NCBI GenBank assembly: GCA_958009085.1
Contig: OY253674.1
Span: forward strand, 806,001 to 870,000
DNA length: 64,000 nt
Reading direction: 5' to 3'
Source of the DNA: Protoeuglena noctilucae
Lineage: Eukaryota
Within the stretch, counting starts at the first letter, position 1. Every line of letters starts with the position of its first letter. The notes beneath the pieces were generated by a model that worked only from the letters and a program-made list of their open reading frames with translations, was not told where the DNA came from and searched no databases. Of the stretch, positions 1 to 13,506 are shown piece by piece. Position numbers and translations under genes: made by a program.

Positions 1-159
1 GAGCCCCTGGCCCTCATCTGCCACCGGGACAACGCCTACCGCGTCGGCAAGGCGCTCGTGAACAGCCTGAAGGAGCTCATCCCGCGCCAGATGTTCCGCA
101 TCCCCATCCAGGCGTGCGTGGGGAGCAAGGCCATCGCCTCGGCGGCCATCCAGCCCTTC

Positions 160-197
<38 letters not shown>

Positions 198-339
198 GTC
201 GCGCAAGAAGAAGCTCCTCAAGAAGCAGGCCGAGGGCAAGAAGCGGATGAAGCAGTTCGGCAAGGTCGAGGTCCCGCAGGAGGCCTTCATGGCCGTCCTG
301 CGCGTCAGCAAGACGACCGAGGACGCAGGGGAAGCGTGA
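1..339 (+). CDS. GUF1: Translation factor LepA/GUF1 (EF-4), C-terminal part; 5' truncated by window
   Basis: LepA C-terminal domain motifs [57 protein letters not shown] at 337-339. Confidence 0.95.
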
Positions 340-398
340 GCGGCGCACGTGCGTTTCGATACCGCGCCTTTAGAGTTCTATTGAAGTCGGATACAGCA

Positions 399-1392
399 TC
401 AGGTCCCCATGCGCTGGGTGACGTTGTCGTACATTTGCGCGGCTCGGTCGAGCTGGGCGTCTGTGACGCGGGAGAGGTTCCCCATCCAGAAGATCTCGGC
501 GGCCCGACTGTAGAGGGGCCCCAGGCCCCGCAGACTCAGGGTGGACCTGCGAGGATGCAACCGGTTGCATCCTACGGTGAGCTGTGACCCGTGGCAGCGT
601 CGTCCATGCACCACCAGGCCCTCAGGCAGCTCGGAAAGGCGGCCTCACCCGAATACAAAGATGCCGTCCGCCTCGTGCTCCTTTGCAACGAGCTCTGTGA
701 CGGGCGAGCCGAGCTGACGTCTCGAGGGATTTCAAAGCTGTGCGTGGAAGGCGCTCGCAGCTGCATGCGGCTTAGCTCACCAGGAAACCTCCCAGCGTCG
801 CGGGCTTCTGGGAAAGAGCGGATGAGCTCGCAGACATGCTCCAAACCCGACGCCTCCGTGGAGACCGCGGCTCGCCCGCCGGAGACGCGCTCGATGTCGT
901 CCACGCGCGATCCGTGACGATCATGAACGCGAACCTGTTGCACTCCCTTGCTCCGCGCCCATTTCAGCACGCGGCTGAGCCCCTCGAGCGTCCTCTCGTC
1001 CCACGCGTTGTGCGCGTCCTGCGCGGTCGAGCAGCCGGGTTCGCCGAGCGTTGGCGGCGCGTTGGATTGCATGTTACATATGGGATATGTAAGTGCATGT
1101 TCCATCCTTAAAAGCGGCGAGAGCTGGGCGAACTCCCGAGCGCACGCACCTCCGGCAGGATTACGCACAGGTTGCGTAGAGGCGGGGGCCGCGACCCCCT
1201 CTTCGGGCCTTCTCTCTTAGGTCGAAGCCCAAGCAGCGCCTTGACGTCCTGCCAGGCGCTCCGGCAGAGAAGCAGAACGGTGACGACCGCGAGCAGCACC
1301 CAGGCGACGAGCCCCGTCAGCGCTGCCGGCGCGGGCGATCGGGAAACGGTCGACGCAGCTTTATTGTCCGCGTGGGACTCCCTTGCGGCCAT
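399..1392 (-). CDS. NUS1: NUS1/NgBR/LEW1-like cis-prenyltransferase (dolichol synthase) accessory subunit, 4 exons
   Basis: N-terminal TM segment (LVAWVLLAVVTVLLL); LSRVLKWARSKGVQQVRVHDRHG; spliced EADGIFVFG-STLSLRG; C-terminal AEIFWMG...YDNVTQRMGT with the terminal RxG motif typical of NgBR/Nus1. Confidence 0.8.
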
Positions 1393-1659
1393 TCACGTCC
1401 AGTGGACAGCCCGGGAAGGGACCTCCCACGTCCAGCGCAGGCGCGGTGGAGCGGGAGCAAAGCTGTTCCTGCTTCAACCGCAGCACTGAACCAAACGGCG
1501 CGAAGCCTGGAAGTGGGCGTGTGCGCTTCTCGCTTCCGCATACGTCGCATCCATCCAAAGCCGCTGACGCTGCCCTGACCGCACTCATGTCAGCTCCGCC
1601 TCGCCAGAAAGACAGCCAGAACTGATGCCGAGCCTGGTGCGCCGCATTCATGTCCATGT

Positions 1660-4600
1660 TCATGCAGGAGCTCCCTCGGCACCCCCAAGCCGCGGCAGGG
1701 CCTCCATCTCGACGTCCGCGTCGTCCGGCACCGCAGGCGCCCGCGCTGCCCTCGAGAACCACCGCAGTTTGCCTTCGCCTGCGCGTCCCGGTGGCTTGCC
1801 CTCCTGCCCGCCGCCCTTAGCCACCCCTCCTCCCGTCGCCAGCTCCCGCATGATGGGCGCCCCCGTCACGACCTCCCCGGGCACCTCGCCTCCCTCCCCC
1901 GCCGCCGCCCCCGCCATGCCAGGGCCCCTGGCCGGCCCTCCCTCCTTGGCCGCCTCCACCACCGCTGCGACCTTCGCCGCCACCTCCGCCGCCTTCGGAG
2001 CCCCCGAGACCTTCGCCTCCTCCGCCACGTCCCTGCCCAGCACCGCACGCGCCACGAACAGCCCCACGTCCGGCGAGTCCCAATACCTGAGGGCCACAGC
2101 ACGAAAGCGCGTTTTGCCAAGAAGCGACAAAAAAGCCCCCAACACGCCTAATACAGAATAAGTGGCCCTTGTTGTGTGGCCTCCCCAGCTTGCATCTCAC
2201 ATGAAATGCGCCGACAGGGCCGAGTAGATGGAGATGGTCGACTCCCCGAGCGTCTCCTGGAGCATGAAGTCCAGGCGGCCCCGGGAGCCCCGCCCGCTCG
2301 TCAGGCAGGGCCCCCCCGCCAGACGGTCCATGAAGCACACGGGGCCGTCGTGGGTGCCGTCGAGGGCGGGCGTTTCTGACACGTCGTCGGCGCTCTCGAC
2401 CACCACGCCGCCCTGCACCTGCTTGCGGAACGACACGGCCTCCACAAGCCACCGGGCGCTGCTCCCGATGCTGGCCAGCCCCTGCGACACGGACTGAGAG
2501 AGGCCGGACGCGCGGTTGTACACGTCCTCCGTCATCTCCGCGAGCGCGTGGTGGATGCGCTTGCCGCCCTTGTGGTAGGGTGCCAGGCAGGCGCGCATGG
2601 TCATGGCGTGCATGTCGACGAGGGGCTCGAGTCGGTAAGCGATGGCGTCGAAGGGGTGGTACAGGTTGTACATCCGGGTCGCCGCCGGGAGGCCGTCGCC
2701 CACGCCGCCAAAGTGCCGCGGCAGCACATGGGCCATCCACTCGCTGCCCAGGCCGCGGCCGTGCTCGGGCGTCACCCCACGCACCAAGAGGAAAAGGCCC
2801 AGGGGGCTCCTGCGACGCCACAGACACGGGACAGGATAAGTACATGCAGCACAACAGACACGGGACAAGAGGAGGACCGTGCAACACGAGCGAGCAAGTG
2901 CTCAACCATCAGTTTGCACAGGGCATGTTAATCAAACGCACCCCACGTTAATCAGCTGGTCCACTTGGAAGTCCAGCTGCACGTAGTCCGTCTGAACGCC
3001 GCCGGGCCCCAGCAAGTGACCACGGCCCCCAGGCATCCCCGAGCTCTCCAGGGTATGACCCCACGCGCGGTGCAGAGCACGCCTCCACGCCAGCTCCTCC
3101 CGCGACTTCCTGGCCTCGTCATCCGTGCCCTCTTCTTCCTTTTCTCGCCCCTGGTCCCGGCCAGACCCGCCCTCCTTGCTCCCTGACACCCGCGCACCCG
3201 ATGCCGACTGCGGGGTGCGCACCCCTGACCCGCCCTCCGCATCCGCCGCCCGCGACCACGGCCATAACCCCTCCAGCGCCGGCAGCAGCGGCGCCGGGCC
3301 GCGCGTGGCGCTCCCGCCCTCCCCGTGCTCCGCGCTCGTCGCTGACCGCGCCTCGTGCAGCTCCTCCTCCGGGCTGCGGCCCGCCCCGCTCGCTCCCTCG
3401 CCCTCCCGCACATGGTCCTCCACCAGCTCAGACACGTGGGCGTCCCTGGCGGCTCTCTCGTGGACCTGCTGCCTCAGAGCCTCCAGCACCGCGTCGACCT
3501 CCGCCACATCCTCGCTCTCCGGGCCCTCCCGGATTGCCGCGTGCGCCGTCATGTCCAGCGACCGCCTGTCGCGCGGGCGAGGGCCCAGCACGCGACGGGC
3601 GCCGTGGTGCGGCGTCAAAGCCACCGACACCGCTCCGTCCCCCGAGGCCGCGTTGAAGTCCAAGTGGAGGCTCACCACACTGCGAGACCGGCCGTGCTGG
3701 CCCGGACCCTGCGGCCCCGCCGGAATCCCGTGGCTCGCCGCCGACCTGAAGTCCCCATCCCAGCTGCCCCCCCGCAGCGATACCTCCACCCCGTCGCCCC
3801 CTAACGAGTCTCGTGCCGCGTTGTCGCCCAGGATGCGCTCCATGTCAGACAGCGTGTCGTCTGCATCGTCTTGCGCACCGTCGCCGCCCGCGTGCCCACC
3901 CTCGCCACAGTCCATGGGCCAGTCTTCGCCACTCTGCGGCGCTGCAGCCCCGCCAGCCCCACCAGCACCCCCGCCCTCGGGCCCGCGTGGGTGCGAGAGA
4001 TCGTAAGCCGCCACGTGGCCCACCCGTGAGCCATCGCCCAGGCCCCTGTCGGGCCCACTGCTGAAGCGCTGCGCCGGCGACGACTGCGCCGATGCAGGTG
4101 CCGTCCCCGGGCCCGCCATCAGCTCCGCCCTGCGGTCCGCGTGCGTCTCGCCCTGCCCGGACTGTAACGCCCCCACCACGCGCCACCCCTGAGGACTCTG
4201 CGACACCCGCAGCGGCGACGCGGGGTGGCTGCCGGCCTCCCGCTGTGCCCCCCGGCCGCTGCCGTCGCGTCCGCCTGCCCCGTCCGCCGCATCCCCGGAG
4301 CGCCTCGCGCGGGCCATCCGCTCCGTGGCCGCCCCGAACGCGCGGTGGGCGGCCGCGGCATAGCGCGGCTGGTTGCAGAGGAGGTCCCACATGGCAACCG
4401 ACCCCAGCGAGTGCGCCACCACGTTGATTGGCCCGGTGAAGTTGGGGTTGCGTCGCACGAACTTGCGGTACATTCGGTTGAGGTTGAGCCCCACGGATCG
4501 CATCAGGTCGGGGCCGTGGACGGGCGACAGGAACAGCAGCACCTCGCCGCCACTGCGGGGGGCCACGGATGGCTGGCTGGCATTAGGGGTTGCTCTTGCT

Positions 4601-6525
4601 GGACAGCCTCACAACATCGACGTATCATGCGGTTTGCCACCCTGGCCCCGGGCCAGATAGCGATGGCGAGCCGCCCCAGGCAAAGCACATGAGGCACCCC
4701 ATCTGTCACAAGCTAGCTGCCTGGTATCTCGCAGCGTGTGCCCGTGGCCTCACCTGAGGGACACGAACTCCCGCAGGCCGCGGACCCCGGGGGGCATGAT
4801 GTGCGGGAGCAGGGAGTCTCCAGGCAGGTTGAGGTTGCGGCGCCACTGGATGGGCAAGAACTCGATCCTGCCCGTCTCCAGGACGCCCTCACGCCCTGCA
4901 AGACACCACGTGATTATGCTTGCCATGCCCTGTCATTTGACAGCTTGCTGACTCCGAAACCAGCGAAGAAAACGCCACCGCTAGCATGACCAGCTGCCCG
5001 ACCGCGACACGAGGCACACCAGCGGTGACGCGGCCACCACTCATCCGTGCAACTTCTCACCGAGCATCTCCAGCACCATCTCGTTGGTGTGCTTGCGCAA
5101 GAGGAGGGTGTCCCCTTTGGCGTCCGCCTGCGCCATCATCTGTCCCACGCCGTGGACCTTCATCACCACGCCTGCCACGCGCTGGGACAGGGCGTGCAGC
5201 TCCTCCAGATCCTCCGCCTTGCCCATGCTGCGAGGTGAGAGCAGCGCGGCGCACATGACATGACAGGGGCACAGGCACACCCACAGCCCTGCCCCCGCCA
5301 GGGTCATTACTCTTTTTTGGCCATTTGACTCTGCGAGCCGTCCAGCTGCCACAGCCCAGTCCCCCCCCCAGACCCCCGCCGCAGCCTCACCTCTCGTAGG
5401 CCCCTGCGCCGTCGCTGTCCTGCGATAACCACCCCCGCCGCAGCCGCAGCCCCGGCGCGCCCCTGGCGATGCTCATGGCGCGCTTCATCCTCGCGACCAC
5501 GTCGTCGACGTGCAGCCACGCCTCTCCCTCGGAGGAGAAGAGCGCGTAGAGGGAGCGGTGCGTGAGCACCGTCAGCTGCAGCCGCGCGGCCACGATGCCT
5601 TCCGGCTGCTCGCGAACCATGCCCATCTCGGGCCGCCACACCTGCGACCGGTACGCCTCCTCCAGCTGGTCCGCGACATTCTCCGACAGCGGCAGCCACT
5701 CCCCGGGGCTGCGCTCCACGAACCAGGTGCCCCGACGGACGCGAAGGGGCTCGCCCTTCCAGTAGCAGTAGGTGGCCCGGCGGCGGTAGAGGTCCACTTG
5801 CTGCGAACACGGCATAGCTTGCGCATGAGACATTCGCACTTTCCATCGACGAGGAGGGGAAATCCGCGCGTCCGCTCACCATGGTGCCCGACCGGACGAG
5901 AACGTGCTTTGCGCAGTCGAAGGGGCGCCGGCCGGTCGCGGTGCGGGGGTCGTCTGTAATGCCATCGTCCGAGTCGCTGTCGAACGTGCACGGGTCGGGC
6001 GCTGCGGCACGCGGAGGGAGCGGTCTGAGTGCGCGGACTGCCGTGCGACAGCTTGCGTGCCCATCCGCCGTCCCTCACCTTCCTCCCCCGCCTCGTCCGG
6101 TTTCTTGTTCGCTTGCGTCCCTCCGAGGCTCGCGTCTGCGACCTCTCCCCACCAGACGCCCTCAATATCTTCCCGCTCCTCGCGGAAGTGCCTGCAGGCA
6201 GCTGCCCTCCCGTCGCCCAGGCGTCCGCATGCCGGGCGCTAAGTGTCAGCGCAGACGACCAGAGCGCAAATGAATTGTCCACGGCGCATGGATTCAGCAG
6301 CATCGCGCACCGCTCGAGCTTCAGGGAGTCCGCCGGTGCGAACCAGAGCCAGTCTCCGCGCTGGGCGAGGTCCGGGGCTGTCCCCGGGGCTGTCCCCGCG
6401 AACTTGGCCTTGGAGAAATACCACCGAATTTTACTGGCCGGCAAAGGGACATGGAGATGCTCCACGCTGCTCTCACGGAGGTGCCTTGTGGGCGCCTGGT
6501 TGTTGGGCGTCGAACCCTGCGACAT
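1660..6525 (-). CDS. DDHD-domain phospholipase A1 (SGR2/PA-PLA1-like), multi-exon
   Basis: VRRGTWF, VHGVGQ, EFLPIQWR, lipase box VVAHSLGSV, spliced NVG-SPLGLFL, DDHD motifs NLYHPFDAIAYRLEP, RLDFMLQ, AHFM-YWDSPDV; GT-AG introns join the frames. Confidence 0.92.
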
Positions 6526-6938
6526 GGCCCGTCACACCGCCTCCCAGACCCTCCTTCCACGCGCTGTGGACGGCGGCGTGCCCAGGAGGTGACTATATCG
6601 CCCGATGTTCTCTGCGTAGCGCTCGCACGTGCCCAAAGCTGCAAAGGCCTCGTTCAATGAGAGCTCCCTGCTAAATGCGTGTCGATGTTGCGAGGGCATG
6701 GAAGCTGCCCTCAGGATCGATCCCCTTGGCTCAGTGCCATGCGACACTGCACGCCTGCACCGCGCTGTCAGAGCGGACACGAAGGACAACGTTGGTAGCC
6801 AGCCTCTGACGAAAACAGATTAGTCGTGACTCCCAAGTACCGCTGCGCATTCTCGCACATCCCGTCCACCCCGTCCTCCGTCACACGTGCAGCGCTCACG
6901 GTGACTGCCGGTCGGTGCCCTCCCGCTGACATCGCTGG

Positions 6939-7682
6939 ATGGCGGCGGTAGGCAGCAAAATCCCTCGGGATGTGGCGGGGAAGGCGGCGGCGTTTTTTCG
7001 GGAGGTGAGGGCTCAGGGCAGCTTCTCAGCCTCTGCGGGATGGCGTCCTGCACCCGGCCGCGCCGCGAGCAGCTCGGTGAGCTTGAAGCACGCATCTGCC
7101 GTCATCGTCCGTCGGCAGCCGCGCATCCTCGCAGGTGATGCGCCTGGTGCCATCGCTGATGCGTCAATACGGCCTCGAGGAGATCATCTCGCCCACCAAG
7201 CTGCGGAGCAACATTCACCAGGAGTTCCGTAAGCACGCGAGCGTCCGGGATCCCCAGTGAGCGAGCCGCCGGGGCCTGGCCGGGCCGCATGAGGGGCTTC
7301 GTAAGACCAGCGCACTGTCGCTGGCCTCGAATGAGCGTTCACTGGCCTCGCGTCGCTCGCAGGGCCGTGGACGTGTTGATTCTGAAGGGTCGCATGGAGC
7401 TGGAGGAGTGCGTGAAGAACTTCAAGCAGCGGCACCACATCATCGCCAACTACATCGTCGCCCCGGGTGCGTTTGCGGCATGCCGCGCTGCCCGCCGCGT
7501 TCAGCGCCGCGCGCCCTGCGAGTCGACGCGTTCGTGTCGCGAGCATGCCGTCATGAGGCTGTATTGGAGACCTGGCGATCTGTCTTGTTGTGGCAGAGAC
7601 GGTCGCTGCCAAGGAGGCCGCCAGTGCCAAGCTCCCTCACTCCGAATTCCTCGAGCGATTCTACAAGGGCGCCCGCGCATAG
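6939..7682 (+). CDS. NDUFA6: Complex I LYR-family subunit NDUFA6 (B14), 4 exons
   Basis: Spliced FFRE-VMRLVPSLMRQYGL...IHQEFRKHASVRDP-AVDVLILKGRMELEEC...KQRHHI...SEFLERFYKG; TAG at 7680-7682. Confidence 0.9.
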
Positions 7683-7765
7683 TACAACAGCAAGCAAGAT
7701 CACGTTAGGGAGCAGGCCGGTCTCTGTGCAGCGCACGTCGGCGCTCGAAGCTGCAACGGGGATAC

Positions 7766-10700
7766 TCAGTGGCCTCCTCTTGCAAAGGGGCTGGCCCAGG
7801 CGTCCTTTCTGACCCCTAGGCCCGGGTCCAGGGCCTGCGCGCGTGAACGGAGACTTGACACAGACGCGCCCGCGTGCCCAGTGATGGCCGCAGCGACACG
7901 CACGGGGGTGACGGAGGGCGGCGCCAGGGCCGTCTCTCCCGGCGCTCGGTAGTAGAACTGCGTCGGGGTCGTCGATCCGAACGCGGAGGGCGCCTTGCCG
8001 GCGTTGATCCAGCGCATAATGTGCGAGGGTCCCTGGGCTGCGGCTGCTCCGGGCGCGCGCGTGGATGCCTCCGGGGACTCGCCAGCGCCAGCGCCAGCGG
8101 CAGGCGGCGCTGGGACTCGAGACCCAGGCGGAGCCGTCTTGATGCCTGAGCGGTCCCCATGAGAGGAGCCGGCTACGCCCTGCGAGGCCGGCGTGGCTCC
8201 AGCACGCGGGGCGGGCGACCCAGCCACGCGGCGGGATGCGCCGGGGGTCCCGGCATGACCCACTGCCCCCGCGGCCAAGGCACGGTCTGTCAGAGGTCGC
8301 AGCGACGCCCCAACGCCCCCGTCCGCCCCAGCCGCACCCCCCTCGTCCCTGCATGTGCACGTGACGTCATCTTGCAATCCCCTGCACCGCATGACGATAT
8401 GCGAAGTTCGGCACAACAGCTCAAACTCAACGCACCTCATTTTGGGAGAGGTCGACGCATCTGCCAGTCCCGCGCTCTTCCCGGCCCTCCGGGGCGACCC
8501 CTCGCCCCAGCTGCCCCGTCCGCTCTGCAACAACCGATCCGCCAGCTCCTGGGCCTGTCGCGCCACCTCCCTCTCCCGCTGAACCTGCAGGCGGCGCCAT
8601 GTCGTCTTGCGATTAATGTGACCCGAAAATGCTGGACTGCCGACTCTTCGCATGTCAGTCCCTGCTCTCACCTGCACCTCTGCCTCCAGCGCGCGGCTGC
8701 GTGCCCGCGACACCTCCTCCTCCAGCTCCCGCACCCGCCCTCGCAGTCCACCCTCCGGCACGTACTTGGTCGGGCTGCTGGGAACAGACGCCTGCCGCGA
8801 CTCCTCCAGCTCTGAGGGCAGAAGCGATGAGTGGCAGCCCAATCGCACCGAAACGTGGGCTGCATTCCAACACCGTGGCCCTCGCTGCATCCCTCTCGCC
8901 TCGGACGCGCGCTCGCAGCGTCGCCAGGGCTTGGTCCCGCTCCTCCAGTTGGCTCGCGAGGCCCTGGACAATCCGCTGCCACTTCCTACTAGCGTCCGCC
9001 TCACCGACACCCACAACCGTGCTGCCCCGCACCGCCAGATCCTGCAATGCGAGGGGCGCCTGATGGTGCAATCTTTGCGGCCGTCGATCGCCAACCCGTC
9101 ATCGACGACGCAGCCCAGGCACGTAAGCAAGTCGCACCTGCCGGTCGCCACCGGTGTCCTTCGCCCCCGCCACGTCTGCTCCCTTCTCAGCCTGTGGCAG
9201 CCCTCGCTGTCTCGAGGACGACACGCGCGCCAGTTCCTCCCGCAGTCCCCGCATCTCCTCCTCATCCTTCGCCATTTGCCGCGCCTTCCCCTCCGCGTCC
9301 TCCGTCAAGATCGCCATCCGACGCTCCAGCGCCTCCATCGCCTCGCGCAGCGTCCTCCCTTCCTCTCGCAGCTCACCCATTGCCCGCTCCGCCTCCTCCG
9401 CTCGCTTCCGCTCGGACGTTACCGCAGCCTCCGCCGCCGCCAGGGTAGCCTCCGCTTCTGCCAGCGCGGTCGCGCGCCGATCGACCTCGCCCCGTACCGC
9501 CTCGGCCTCCGCCCGCAGGCCCTCCGCTTCGGCACGCAGCGCCCGCGCTGCACCCTTGGCCGCCTCAGCTGCACCCTCGGCCTCCCGCAGCTGAGACTCT
9601 AGCAGGTCTGCCCTCTCTCGTGCCTGCCGGAGCCCCTCCACGCGCTCGCCTCCCTCGACCTGCGCCCGCTGCAGTGCTGCCTCTGCCTCCGCAGCACGCG
9701 ACACCGCATCTGCCAGCTTCCGGACCTCGGCCTCGTGGCGCGCCACCAGGGCCTCCCGTTCCGCGTTCCACCCAGCACGCGCCTCCTGCATGCGGCGCTC
9801 CACCTCAGCCGCCGCCCGCCCCGCCGCCCGCTCTTCCGCGCTGCGCAGGTCCGCCTCGGCTTGCTTCCGCACCGCAGCCACCGCCCGCTCGTGCGCTCCT
9901 CGCTCCTCATCTGCTCGCGCCTCGACGTCCCTCACGCGCCCCTGCAGCTCCACCACCTGGTCTGCCACCCTGCCCTTGGCTGCTCGCGTCTCCTGCAGCT
10001 CTCGCAGCAAGGTGGCCCCGGCCGCTCTTTCCTCCGCCACCTCTTTCTTCGCAGCCTCCGCCTCCGCGCGTGTGCTTGCGAGCTCGGACTGCAGCGCCTC
10101 CGCCCTGGGTGCGATGGGCATGCATTGCGACGTGCGGCTCTGTGCGTGCACATGGCACCAGCGGCGCGCTCGCGGGCCTGCGAACCGCACCTGCGCGCCA
10201 GCTCCGCCTCCCGTCCCTGCGCCGCGACGGCCCGCGACTCCGCCTCCGCCAGCGCCCCCGCCACCCTGTCTCGCTCGGCCACTGCTGCCGCCCGCTCCTG
10301 CCGCAGCGACTGCACCGCCTTCTCCAACTCGGACGCCTTGTGCCGCAGCAAGTCCTCCCGGCCCCGCGCCTCCTCCTCTGCATTTTTTGAAGCCTCCCGA
10401 AGGCTCTCCAGTGCCTGCTGGGCCCTGGCCAGGTCGCCGTGCGCGGAGCTCTGCGGCGCAAATGGCCACGGAGCTAGCTGTGGCCTCGTCTACGTCGGTG
10501 CAGACAGCGAGGCAGATTGCGGTCTCCACATCGCCAGGCCCTCCCGGTGCTCGCCCTGGCGCCCTCACCTCCGCAGAGTCCAGCCGCTTCCGCAGCGTCT
10601 CGTAATCCGCTCGGATGCCCGCGATCTCCCGCGTCAGCTGCGCCTCCCGGGCCCTGTGCTCGCGCTCGTTCTCGGCGGCCTCGGCCAGGCTGGCCTGGAC

Positions 10701-11745
10701 GCGCCCGTCTGCAGCGCGCCGCTCCGCCTCCAGCTCCGCTCGCAGCGCGGCAACGACCTTCTGCAGGGCGCTCCTCTCCTCCCGCAGCGCGCTCTTCTCC
10801 TTCTCCTGCAACGCGACACTCTCTGCCGCCTCCTGCACCTGTCGTCCCAATGCCTGCTGCGCCCCCTCTGCGCTGCCCTGCTTCCGGCACAGTGCCTCCG
10901 TCGCGGCACGAAGCGCCTTCGCCTCTTGCTCCAGCTCCTCCGCGTCCCGCACGGCAGCCTTCCTGGCGGCCTCTGCGCCACGCTGCAGAAGACGGGCCTC
11001 CTCTGCTTGCTGCTGGAGCAACGAAAGCAGCTCCCTCTGCGCCGCCGACAGCTCCTCCCGGAGCCGCTGAGACGTCGCCACGGACTCTTCGACGCGGGAC
11101 TGCAGTGCTGCCCGCTCATCCTCGCTCGACTTGCGCTCCTGGACCAGCCTTTCATGCAGCTCAGCCACCCGAGCCTGAGGATGGTCGCTCAACAGAAGGC
11201 TTTGGCAACGTGCATGGACGCGATGTGTTTCCTCAACGGCAACACATGCAGGATATGCGTGCCAATCTGCCGCACGCGCGCTCACCTCCGCTCCTGCCTG
11301 GCTCTCCCGCGCCGCGGCCAACGCAGCCACGAGTTTAGCCACTTCCGCGTGGTGCTCCTCCTCCCTGGCGCGGACAGCAGCTGCACAGATGCAAAGGAGT
11401 CGACAGGTCGATGGGGGGTCGAGGAAAACGGCGCGGTCGAGGAACATCGCGGTGAGCGACGCACCTACGTCAAACTGCGCCTTGACGTCCGCGATCTCCC
11501 GCTCACAGTAGTCCCTGACCCAAGTGACCTCAAGTTCATGGTCCTCGGCCTTCTCGTGCATCGCCGCCACCTGTGCGGGAGTAATGATGGAGCGATGCCG
11601 TCCCAAAGGCATGCGAACCAGTCCCGCCTCGTCGCGCGCGCATAAAGGCACGACTCACCACTTGCGTGAGCTGGGCAACCTTTCGACTGAGCTTCTTATG
11701 CAGCTCATAGCTCAGCTCAGGCCGGGGATTCAGAGGGTCTGCCAT
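7766..11745 (-). CDS. FAM184-like long coiled-coil protein, multi-exon
   Basis: N-terminus ELHKKLSRKVAQLTQV-VAAMHEKAEDHE resembles the FAM184 N-terminal motif (MSKKIAQLTKVI...DEHE); long E/A/R/L heptad coiled coil follows. Confidence 0.7.
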
Positions 11746-11931
11746 GGTTCTACTTCTACGAAGTGCAGGGAGAGCGAAGTGCTCGGAGAGAGACGGCCGG
11801 GCCGGCCCCAAACAGCTGGACCACCTGACCAGCTTGCCGCCAAGACATGCGCGAACGGGGCGTGCCCACTGCAGCACAAAGCACGTCAAGACTGACGAGA
11901 CGACCAAGAGTAAGAAACCCATCCACCACTT

Positions 11932-13091
11932 TCAACGCCAGCTCTCGTCCCTGTGCTGCGCTCGCATCCACTTCGTCGCGCTCCACTTGGTGCCCTTGAT
12001 GACCGGGCAGCCCCCGTGGAGGGAGGCCGGGTCGACGGTGCCGTCGGGGTTGACGCTCCAGAACAGCACCGCGTCCCCCTTGCGCGGCTTCACGGCCAGG
12101 CCCTGCATCGAGCACTCGGAGCCCGTCTGGTCCTTGGGCTTGGGAGCGTTGGGGAAGACCGTCTCCCCGCCCTCCTCAACGTCACTGCGGAGAAGCAGAG
12201 CGTAGGGTAGGTCAGCAAACTCCGCAGGTCCCGGGCCACCGCTAAGCCTCCGAGGGGCACCGCAGCGAGAGAAGGAGCTTTGCTACTTCGACGCCCTCCA
12301 GCCCGCGCGCTCCGTGCCGCCTCGCCTCAGATACATCAGCATCGTGGCCACGCGCTGCCCGCCGTTCGTCGTGTTGATGGTGTCGTGGAAGTAGTCCTGG
12401 TGGGGCTCGTACTTCTGCCCGTCCTCATAGCGCAGGATCTGAATGGCCTCCCCGAAATCCACGGGGATGGCCGAGTACAGAGCAATCCTGCCCTCCACAC
12501 GGCGCACGACGTCGTCTTGGCCGCGTGTCAGGAACATACCGTGGCTCGTGCGCACGGGATCCAGCTTGTCCTCGCCCGTGACCGAGTCGACGACGATGGA
12601 GGGCCGCAGCGCGGGCTTGCCCAGCGCGATGAGGTGGTCGCACTCCTCGTGTCTGCGGCGATGGATTCCTCGCGTTCGGCACTTGCTTCAGGAAGCGTCT
12701 CCCCGGCGCTTAGAAAGCCGGGCGGAGCAGCACGGCGCCCCAACACTCACGTGAGGAAGCCCTCAAAGTGGAAGACGCGCGGGGCCCAGGGGTGCATGAC
12801 GGTTATCTTTGGGACTGGTACCTGCGGACGCCAGCGGCCGTTCATCGAAAAGCGAGGCGCCCAGGCGCAGGCGCGGCATAGTGCACCGCGACAGTTCACG
12901 AGTCCTATGGTCTGGATAAGCACCTGGTCCTGCCCCGCGCCGGTCGTTCCGGGCTGCTGGCTGTCGTGGCTGACTTCCCCGTACCATCCCGGGAACGACG
13001 GCTCCGCGGCGACGCTCCCAGCGAGCATTAGGGCGAACGCGAGCGCCGCAGCCCATCCCCGCCATCCCCGCCGCAACCGCGACGCCCACAT
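11932..13091 (-). CDS. P4H: Prolyl 4-hydroxylase (plant/algal type) with N-terminal signal/anchor, 4 exons
   Basis: PRVFHFEGFLT-HEECDHLI, VRTSHGMFL, QILRYEDGQKYEPHQDYF (HxD), GGQRVATMLMYL-SDVEEGGETVFP, SLHGGCPVIKGTKWSATKW. Confidence 0.95.
12185..12325 (-). other. GC-AG intron in P4H
   Basis: AG|gcgagg...ccgcag|T is the only junction seen that restores the invariant MYLSDVEEGGET. Confidence 0.9.
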
Positions 13092-13506
13092 TGGGTTCCC
13101 GACAATACACGCCCCCACTTCCCGTATGACCTATCAAATTGCTTGCTAGGCAAAGTTTGCTCGAGAATTGCTGTTCTGGCTTGGACCTACGAGCAGCCAC
13201 ACCCACACACATCCGCGTTGCGGATGAAATGCGCGAGGCTGCATGAATTGTCGCGACCGCTGCCTCGTGGGGCCTGAGACCGCGGCCTTGCCGAGTGTCA
13301 CTGTCGCGCCAGATGCGCGCCTGGCACGACCCCTGCCTCAACGCCCGTGCGCCTCCTGGGATTCGCCGCGCTGATGTCGGGCACTCAGCACCACTGGAGA
13401 GGCCTCCTACGTTTCCGCGCTGTGCAAAGCGTGCTGTTGCTTGTTTTCCCACGAAAGCTGGGCTTTCCAGCGGCCGGAGGGGCGACCCTTCGTCCGCCAG
13501 GGGCGG

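Noticed and set aside
9735..11645. Long antisense/alternate-frame ORFs (e.g. 636 aa here; also 57771-59309, 62329-63876)
   Set aside because: Shadow ORFs expected from ~70% GC and codon bias; low-complexity R/P/A/L translations opposite or overlapping real genes.
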